Origin: Octopus sinensis
Taxonomy: Eukaryota
Direction of reading: 5' to 3'
NCBI RefSeq assembly: GCF_006345805.1
Contig: NW_021829151.1
Coordinates: 1 to 6,899 of the forward strand
Length of the DNA stretch: 6,899 bases
Shown: positions 1 to 6,782 of the stretch, one piece after another
Layout: every line of letters starts with the position of its first letter
Numbering within the stretch: the first letter of the stretch is position 1
Position numbers and translations under genes: made by a program
The notes under the pieces: generated by a model
Told to the model about the DNA's origin: nothing
Databases searched by the model: none
Seen by the model: only the letters and a program-made list of their open reading frames with translations

Positions 1-189
1 GCTTGTTTTGAGTACACGTATACGTTTCCATCCCAAATTTGAATTAAAGTTCGCTCGACATTAAGTCTAGTTTTGACGACAATTATTGGTGTTATATTCT
101 ACATTTTCATGTTGAGTTTTCTTTTGTTTGCATTATTCTACCCGCTATGTACACACATTCAAGCTTGGGTATATGTTAGCTGGATAGCA

Positions 190-720
190 GTGGGAGAAAA
201 ACGAATGATTTAGAGAGTGACGGAGAGAGATAAGAAGTGAATAAATAGCTATATAGATTGATAGATTGTCTGATCTTCTGCGTAACATGTAGAAAAGGAA
301 TCTAAAGTACAACTACAATATAAGAGGGGAGGGAATACGACGGAGGGAGAAAAGACAAATAGTGCTGAAAGGTAAATATTAGGGAAACTTTGGAAACACA
401 GAAGGACAGGTCTTTGGGGAGAAATACCTAATAACATTGAATAGGGGATACGAATTGAGTAAAGAAGGAAATAGAGGAAAGGGACACAAAGAATGGTAAA
501 AATATAGCGGAAACAGCGTAACAAAGCAAATAAAAGTAAGTAAATAAATAAATAAGTAAATAAATAGAGGCAAAAAAAATCGAAGAATGTATGGGAAAAT
601 TAATGGATAGGAAATATACAATAACAAGGAAAAGCAATGAAAATTTCGAGTAAATGAAGGAAAGATTGATTGAACGAATCAATGAATGAATGTAGTAAGG
701 AAATAGGACTGGAAGGATAT
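190..720. repeat. Purine-rich (A/G-skewed) low-complexity tract, including a short (TAAA)n run at about 540-566
   Basis: The plus strand is dominated by GA/AAG/GGAA/AAAT words. The overlapping minus-strand ORFs (249-524, 379-627, 428-682) are F/L/S/Y/I-rich, as expected from reading a polypyrimidine strand. Confidence 0.6.
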
Positions 721-794
721 CTCTCGTGAGGGCTGTGTGATAAATTAACGAGGTTAACAGTAATTATGATAAAAATAATCAGAGGACGTGTTAC

Positions 795-1075
795 ATAAAC
801 ACAACATATATTTCATATATATATATATGGCATGGTGTTTGTAGGTATTTCTATTATATCTATATTATATAATGTTATAATATATATTATATATATACTA
901 TATGTATGTATATATAAGTATATATATATATGTATATACATACATATATGTAAATATATAGTATAATTATATAATTATATATTATATATATATAATATAC
1001 TATATCTATCTCTATATAAATCCCATATATATATGTATGCAATTATAATATCTAAATATACACTAAATACAGTAT
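795..1075. repeat. Degenerate (TA)n / AT-rich low-complexity region
   Basis: Near-continuous TA/ATAT/TATG words with very few C or G. Confidence 0.85.
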
Positions 1076-1558
1076 AGATTTACGGGTCATCATTTCTGAT
1101 GTCATTCTTTAATTTTCGTCAATCCGTGGTCAATAAATGACGTATATTGAAGTATTGCAGTTTGATATCCTCGCTTTACACTGTCTTCAAAAATTGTGCA
1201 ATCTTGTACTTTTGATAGATAGTAATAATACGAATAGATTAAAATTAGTGGATTACAAAAATCCTCCTAAGATGGATACTGCTGCCTGAATAAACGATTA
1301 TTTTGTACTTGTGCTGTTGTTTTAAGCTTCAAGTTCACCCGCATCGAGCAAGCGCAAACCAAGATTATTACAACTGAAACCATATTGTGCCTGTGTTTTT
1401 GACACAATTAATGACTCCATTAGATATGAAAATAGAGGATTGCAATATGAAGAATATTTATCTCGTTTATTTGAGCTGTTTTAGGAGGTATAGTGCGGCT
1501 ACATACGTTGACAGTAAATATCTCATCGGACAGAATATTAGTGTCCCGTACCCTATAT

Positions 1559-1791
1559 AAGGCGGCGAGCTGGCAGAAACGTTAGCACGCCGGGCGAAAT
1601 GCGTAGCCGTATTTCGTCCGCCGTTACGTTCTGAGTTCAAATTCCGCCGAGGTCGACTTTGTCTTTCATCCTTTCGGGGTCGATAAATTAAGTACCAGTT
1701 ACGCACTGGGGTCGATATAATCGACTTAATCCGTTTGTCTGTCCTGGTTTATCACCTCTGTGTTTAGCCCCTTGTGGGTAGTAAAGAAATA
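1559..1791 (+). mobile_element. Pol III (tRNA-type) SINE, full-length copy 1, central domain resembling the Meta/MESC-type SINE core
   Basis: GC/CpG-rich island in AT-rich DNA. A-box-like TGGCAGAAACG at 1571-1581 and B-box-like GAGTTCAAATTCC at 1633-1645. Central GGTCGACTTTGTCTTTCATCCTTTCGGGGTCGATAAATTAAGTACCAG at 1651-1698. Colinear with a second copy at 3417-3581, and its tail recurs inverted at 2094-2137. TATATA flanks both ends (1554-1559, 1790-1795), a possible short TSD. The domain name is from recall. Confidence 0.88.
1571..1645 (+). promoter_or_regulatory. Internal RNA Pol III type-2 promoter (A box and B box) of SINE copy 1
   Basis: TGGCAGAAACG approximates TRGCNNARYGG. GAGTTCAAATTCC approximates GGTTCRANNCC. 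The spacing is compatible with tRNA-type promoters. Confidence 0.7.
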
Positions 1792-2093
1792 TATATTGGT
1801 TGGCAGATATAAGAACCTATCAGCAAAGATCATGCTTGCTGAAAGTATAGATATCACAGCAGTTTGGTTAACACGTAAAGTCCGTCTGCTTCTGACTGAC
1901 GAGACAAGATATGTTGAAATAGTGTTGTTCTAGATTCTCTTGCACCAAAAAACGGAGCGTGTTGAAGACACTGTTGTCGTAAAAGCCAACAGTTACTCTC
2001 ATATGATATACACTACAACAGCCACCCAGATATTTGGCGTCCGAATAAGGCAACACGTAGTCGTTCCAGGTCTCATTCTGCACACTGCAAATA

Positions 2094-2137
2094 TGTTTCT
2101 TTATTAGCCACACAAGGCTGAACACAGACGGGACAAA
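2094..2137 (-). mobile_element. 5'-truncated 3'-tail fragment of the same SINE family as 1559-1791, inverted orientation
   Basis: The reverse complement TTTGTCCCGTCTGTGTTCAGCCTTGTGTGGCTAATAAAGAAACA matches 1748-1791 at 34 of 44 positions without gaps (hand alignment). Confidence 0.75.
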
Positions 2138-2262
2138 TTACAAAGTAGAGCTTTTATTTTGGGGGAGAAAAAAAAAAGTAGGGTAGGTTTTCGATCGAAA
2201 GGGATCGTAAAAAGCAAAGAAAAAAGAAACGATCAATAGGGATCGTGTATCACAGATGCAAA

Positions 2263-2299
2263 TAGATAGGTAGATAAATAGACAGACAGACAGACTAAC

Positions 2300-2360
<61 letters not shown>
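2263..2360. repeat. Compound (GACA)n/(GATA)n microsatellite
   Basis: GACA units at 2281-2295 and a pure (GATA)15 at 2301-2360. Confidence 0.97.
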
Positions 2361-2361
<1 letters not shown>

Positions 2362-2662
2362 ACAGAGAGGTATATAGATAGACTGGCAAACAAATAGGTA
2401 TTTGTGAATGTATTCCGTAAGGGCATAAAACCATCCACTCATGGAAATATGTAAATGAACAACAAGCCATCGAACAAACTGAGCCGTCAACTTGTTCTAT
2501 TTGTCAAGAGGTTCGCTAGGTAACAGCAGGTCTCAAAAAGAAACATGCATGTCCATAGAACATGATTAGCGCTTTATTTTACTAAGCTCTCATTTGTCGT
2601 TCATGACGAGAGAATACACCGTAATCACCATATCATTTACATATATACACATATACTTACAA

Positions 2663-2689
2663 TTACTATTGCTGCTACTACTACTGCTG

Positions 2690-2738
<49 letters not shown>

Positions 2739-2796
2739 AACTATTACTACTACCATTATTATTATTATTATTAATATTATTATTATTATTATTATT
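2663..2796. repeat. Compound (CTA)n/(CTG)n then (TTA)n trinucleotide microsatellite
   Basis: CTA-type units to about 2753, then TTA units at 2755-2796. This produces the poly-L and poly-S/N artefact ORFs. Confidence 0.95.
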
Positions 2797-2824
2797 GAGT
2801 GAGAGATTATGCATTATTATTATT

Positions 2825-3352
2825 GAGTGAGAGAGCAGTGACACTGGGGTAAAATATACGAAGCCCAGTATACCCATCATGACTACCCGTCTGATAAGGG
2901 TACACCAGGCACATGCATCACAACCATATGTGCGCGACCTGGTGATCTCATATGAAGATAAACAGCACATGACCTTGCAGGTGGGGCCCAGTTAGAATTT
3001 TCTTCTGGTCGAGTAACCCATCCTGCTCAAAAGGTCCTTGAATAAGGGTTGTCTAAGGATGTTGAACGAAACACTTATGTTTCCAGAGGTGAATTATTCA
3101 AACTCCACAGAATCCCTCTCAACACATGGCTATGATGCTCCCCCACTACATCCGCTCGTGATCAGAGATGCACATATTGTCAGCCACTAAGCGGCATGCT
3201 CAACTGGTTAAGGTCAAGCAACTGACAAGCAAATCTGTGGTATTGAACAGAATATTTGCTGTAGCCCATCTTTTATACCAAGACAAAACAATGTACATGA
3301 TAACACTTCCAATCCGTTAAGATCAGAAGCCATGAGAGCCACTGCCTGGTAC
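2825..3352 (-). mobile_element. Unclassified ~530 bp non-coding interspersed element bracketed by (TAA)n, probably a non-autonomous retroposon
   Basis: Complex, moderately GC sequence with sharp boundaries against (TTA)n runs on both sides (2813-2824 and 3353-3416). The minus strand ends ...CTCTCTCACTC-AATAATAAT. It has no convincing ORF and no B box. I recall similar sequence as an abundant octopus repeat (unverified). Orientation is inferred from the tail-like junction. Confidence 0.6.
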
Positions 3353-3416
3353 TATTATTATTATTATTATTATTACTATTATTATCATTATTATTGTTAT
3401 TATTATAATTATTATT
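3353..3416. repeat. (TTA)n microsatellite between two retroposon-like elements
   Basis: Interrupted TTA units (CTA/TCA/TTG variants). Confidence 0.95.
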
Positions 3417-3629
3417 AAGGTGGCAAACTTGCAGAATCGTTAGTACGCTCGGTAAACTTCTTAGCGGCACTTCCGTCCTCATGTTCTGAGCTCAGATTTC
3501 ACCAAGGTCGACTGCATCTTTCATCCTTTGAGGGTAGATAAAATAAGTAGCAGCTGAGTACTGGCGTCGATGAAATCTACTGTCCCCGTTTCCGAAATTT
3601 CTGTACTTGTGCCTATAGTAGGAAGGATT
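3417..3629 (+). mobile_element. Pol III SINE, diverged copy 2 of the family at 1559-1791
   Basis: Colinear with copy 1 from AAGG(T/C)GGC to about 3581, for example AGGTCGACTGCATCTTTCATCCTTTGAGGGTAGATAAAATAAGTAGCAG. It has a decayed A box (TTGCAGAATCG, 3429-3439) and B box (GAGCTCAGATTTC, 3488-3500). It ends in GGAAGGATT shortly before a trinucleotide tail. Confidence 0.85.
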
Positions 3630-3636
3630 CGCGCTG

Positions 3637-3861
3637 TTATTATGATGATGATGAGGATGATAATAATAATAATAATGATGATGATGATGATAATAACAAC
3701 GATAATAATAATAATAATAATAATGATAATAATAATAATAATAATAGTTATAATGATGATGATGATGCTGACGATTATCATTATTATTATTATTTTTATT
3801 ATCGCTGTTATCATTACTATAATCATTATTGTTATTATAATCATTATTATTATTATTATTA

Positions 3862-3894
<33 letters not shown>

Positions 3895-3926
3895 TAGTAG
3901 TAGTAGTAGCAGCAGCAGTAGTAGTG
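3637..3926. repeat. Mosaic trinucleotide array (ATG/ATA then ATT/ATC then GTA/GCA)
   Basis: Directly visible. It is the source of the poly-I/M/V/T artefact ORFs 3521-3946 and 3570-3941. Confidence 0.95.
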
Positions 3927-4752
3927 AACGAAAAACTGTAATGCAATGAATTTTAAAACTTACGGCTAGGATTTATATGCTTCAAAAGAAAAGTTACCGA
4001 TTTAAATATCTTCATGCATATATGTATATATAAAGCTTTAAATGGACTCAGTATACAATTAGGACGAATTTTGACTACGTGTGGTACAAATTTAACCATG
4101 GGTTGTACGAATTTAAGCCTGCGGTTTACCTAGGCGTACACAACATTTAAACGTAGAACACATACACCTCTAACGACATCGATATCGTCAAAACGAACAG
4201 AAACAGATTGGTGTTAGCTTGACAGTTGTCTGAAAAGGATTATAGATGTTAAACTTAGTTCTGATGAGACCAAATCTATTGAAAGACATTATAATCTAAT
4301 AATCCCTTTCTGCATGACAAGACATGTTCCTTGTTTTGTGGTGACCTACTTCGAGACTATTCTGATGAAACTGTTAACATTATTTCTTTTTCCTTTTTAA
4401 AGAAGCGAGAAATAATTCTTTTAATATAAGGACTGGACACTGAGTGTAATTTGTTTTTTTGTTATTAGCAATTCGCAATTAAAATCTTTTTTATATATCT
4501 TCTGCACATATCCTCACACATGAACAAGAAAATAGCTATTTGGAAATGAATTTAGAAATATTTGCGTGTATATATACACATCTACATACATTCAAATATG
4601 TATATATATACCGTTGTTATTATGCAAAAATGTCGTTAAGTCATACATACATATGCACACATAAATATAAACGCAAAGTAAAGATAGAAGGACCGAGTGA
4701 CAGAAAGATCACGGACATTCATTCATACACACACACATATATGCGTATACAA

Positions 4753-5106
4753 ACACACACACACATACATGCATACATACATGCATACATACATACATAC
4801 ATACATACATACATGCATGCATACATGCATGCATGCATGCATGCATGCATGCATGCATGCATGCATGCATACATACATACATACATACATACATACATAC
4901 ATACATACATACATACATACATACTACATACATACATACATACATACATACATACATACATACATACATACATACATACATACATACATACATACATACT
5001 ACATCATACATCATACATACATACATACATACATACATACATTACTATCATACATACATACATACTACATACATACATACATACATACATACATACATAC
5101 ATACAT
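4753..5106. repeat. (CA)n then (ACAT)n tetranucleotide array with an embedded (ATGC)n core
   Basis: ACAT units throughout, with pure (ATGC)11AT at 4825-4870. It is the source of the HTYI/MYVC artefact ORFs. Confidence 0.97.
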
Positions 5107-5494
5107 AAGGAAGCACTCCGTCGGTTACGACGACGAGGGTTCCGGTTGATCCGGTCAACGGAACAGCCTGCTCGTGAAATTAACGTGTAAGTGGCTGAGC
5201 ACTCCACAGACACGTGCACCCTTAACGTAGTTCTCGCGGATATTCAGCGTGACACAGAGAGTGACAAGGCCGGCCCCTTGAAATACAGGTACAACAGAAA
5301 CAGGAAGGAAGTAAGAATGAGAGAAAGTTGTGGTGAAAGAGTACAGCAGGGATCACCACCATCTCCTGCCGGAGCCTCGTGGAGCTTTTAGGTGTTTTCG
5401 CTCAATAAACACTCACAACGCCCGGTTTGGGAATCGAAACCGCGATCCTACAACTGCGAGTCCGCTGCCCTAACCACTAGGCCATTGCGCCTCC
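5107..5494 (-). mobile_element. tRNA-derived SINE (head loosely tRNA-Arg-like), full length, different family from 1559-1791
   Basis: The minus strand begins GGAGGCGCAATGGCCTAGTGGTTAGGGCAGCGGACTCGCAGTTGTAGGATCGCGGTTTCGATTCCC, a tRNA-like head with good A and B boxes. About 310 nt of unique body follow, then 3' hairpins and an (ATGT)n tail. tRNA-Arg-derived SINEs (OR1/OR2) are described from octopus, but I cannot assign the family. Confidence 0.9.
5429..5484 (-). promoter_or_regulatory. Internal Pol III A box (5484-5474) and B box (5441-5429) of the tRNA-SINE
   Basis: The minus strand reads TGGCCTAGTGG (exact TRGCNNARYGG) and GGTTTCGATTCCC (near GGTTCRANNCC). Confidence 0.85.
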
Positions 5495-5545
5495 ACATAC
5501 ATACATAGATACATACATACATACGTGCATATGTATGTATATATG
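5495..5545. repeat. (ACAT)n run flipping to (ATGT)n
   Basis: ACAT units to 5524, a short spacer, then ATGT units from 5531. Confidence 0.85.
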
Positions 5546-6094
5546 TTTTCTTTCTCTTTTTAATCTAGAACAATTGTTAACCACCTATCTGCTTGGTAGC
5601 AAATTTGTGAAGAAAAGTGCCTTGTTTTGTTCGTCATCCTTTAAATGTTAATATTTTGCAGATTTTAAAGTCCATAATATCTTGGTAATTTGTAGTTTAC
5701 GAATTAAAGATTTTCCTTTTCTCCCCATGAGGTGAAGTTCAGCAATACTTTACTCCGAAGGGGTTGGTGTGCACGCTCATACTCCAACAATAATAGATAT
5801 CAAACTGAAAATATATATCTGAAACTAGACTTACAAACTTCTTAACAATGGTAATTAGATATTCTCTTCCTCTATCATATCCACTTCGGCGTTCAGAGGA
5901 AAGGTGATTTACACAACAGAACTTGTCTTTTCATTGTGGTACCACACAACAATACAGAACCGGTTGTGTTTTAACATAGTTATTATTTTAATATTTAAAT
6001 TCCATCAATATTCTTTCTACCCACAGTTTCAGTATAGTTTATATGTACATAAGTATGTATCCAGGTATACATATATGTTAGTATCTCTTCTATT

Positions 6095-6590
6095 TTTTAA
6101 TTATTATAAATCTTCCACTGAGGAGAGAGACGGTTTCCTGCAAATATGCAATTCAAATTCACAGACACATTTATATTTAGAACTTGAGAAAAGTCTTACA
6201 TATCTTTACTGTTCCACTCAGAGATTGCACTTGTGCGAATTATCCGGTCGATTTCTCTTTCTGAAAATCCCAATTCACCCAGATTCTCCTTTAAGCATTT
6301 ACTAACAAAACCTTGCGCTCCAATTATTATGGGTATGAATATGAATTCATAGTCTGGATATAGAAGCTGGAGGTTTCGAAGCAGTTGTCCATAGATATCC
6401 TCGTTTACTTTGATTTTTCAAAGAGATATTTATATCTGCAGGGCAGCTGAACTCTATGATGGTACATACCTTTGCCCCTCTGTCCCAAACAACAAACCCC
6501 GACCTGATTTATTTACATTTGACAGAAGTTTTGATGGGAATATTCACAAGTATTCCTTGAGTTGGTGTTTATGAATGTTCACCATAACAT
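6095..6590 (-). mobile_element. 5'-truncated, decayed non-LTR retrotransposon of the RLE type (R4/Dong-like): ORF end, 3' UTR and degenerate TAA/A tail
   Basis: The coding remnant (next feature) is followed by a ~70 nt 3' UTR ending GGAAGATTTATAATAATTAAAAAATA on the minus strand. Confidence 0.75.
6177..6590 (-). pseudogene. Frameshifted C-terminus of a non-LTR retrotransposon ORF: restriction-like (PD-D/ExK) endonuclease domain
   Basis: Manual translation across 3 frameshifts (about 6545, 6415, 6234) and 1 stop (6511-6509): ...HKHQLKEYL / NIPIKTSVKCK*IRSGFVVWDRGAKVCTIIEFSCPADINISLK / IKVNEDIYGQLLRNLQLLYPDYEFIFIPIIIGAQGFVSKCLKENLGELGFSEREIDRIIR / QVQSLSGTVKICKTFLKF*. This follows the R4/Dong C-terminal pattern RPD-x-hh-x-D...hI(D/E)h.hP.D.N...K...Y..L...h.PhhhGA.G...L..LG...Q...L.GT..I.+..L. 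The RPD motif has decayed to RSG. Confidence 0.8.
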
Positions 6591-6602
6591 GTATGTATAT
6601 AG

Positions 6603-6622
6603 GTGTGTGTGTGTGTGTGTGT
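6603..6622. repeat. (GT)10 microsatellite
   Basis: Directly visible. Confidence 0.95.
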
Positions 6623-6782
6623 GAGCGCGTGTATATATGTATGTATGTCATTATTCAGTTTTGATTCAACATAGTTTGCTAAAAGAAAAAAAGACCTGTT
6701 TCTAACATAAATCCAAGTGTTCTTCACTGGATTTTCAACATCAGCAACAGGGTATTATGGTATGTATATAATTTTGTATGTA

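Noticed and set aside
249-682. Three hydrophobic minus-strand ORFs (79-91 aa range) resembling membrane peptides
   Set aside because: They overlap in different frames and simply reflect the pyrimidine-rich minus strand. No domain motif.
1327-1485. Open frame of about 50 codons after a TTTTAAG acceptor-like site
   Set aside because: No recognisable protein motif and no convincing donor site.
2002-2050. Plus-strand peptide ...HPDIWRPNK resembling the nAChR IWRPD motif
   Set aside because: Isolated 5-residue match with no surrounding family pattern, on the strand opposite the other nAChR-like hint. Consistent with chance.
2138-2490. ORFs with LSIY/IYLS repeats
   Set aside because: Translation of the (GATA)n microsatellite.
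2590-2970. Poly-N/S and poly-L ORFs
   Set aside because: Translation of CTA/TTA repeats plus part of the interspersed element.
3521-3946. Antiparallel poly-I/T/V/M ORFs that look like long TM segments
   Set aside because: Trinucleotide array read in its stop-free frames. The ORF start lies within a SINE.
4540-5219. Nested HTYI/MYVC ORFs up to 216 aa
   Set aside because: (ACAT)n has no stop codon in any frame. These are repeat artefacts.
5420-5494. Possible genuine tRNA gene
   Set aside because: The acceptor and anticodon stems do not form properly, there is no terminator after the B box, and the sequence continues into a SINE body and tail.
5513-5540. 10-bp inverted arms ATACATACAT/ATGTATGTAT
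   Set aside because: A trivial consequence of a microsatellite polarity flip.
5650-5690. TTTTGCAG acceptor and GTAATT donor framing a 23-nt microexon (5662-5684)
   Set aside because: Such site pairs are common by chance in AT-rich DNA, and there is no coding or expression support.
5904-6305. 133-aa plus-strand ORF
   Set aside because: No recognisable motif. Its 3' half is the antisense of the RLE retrotransposon remnant.
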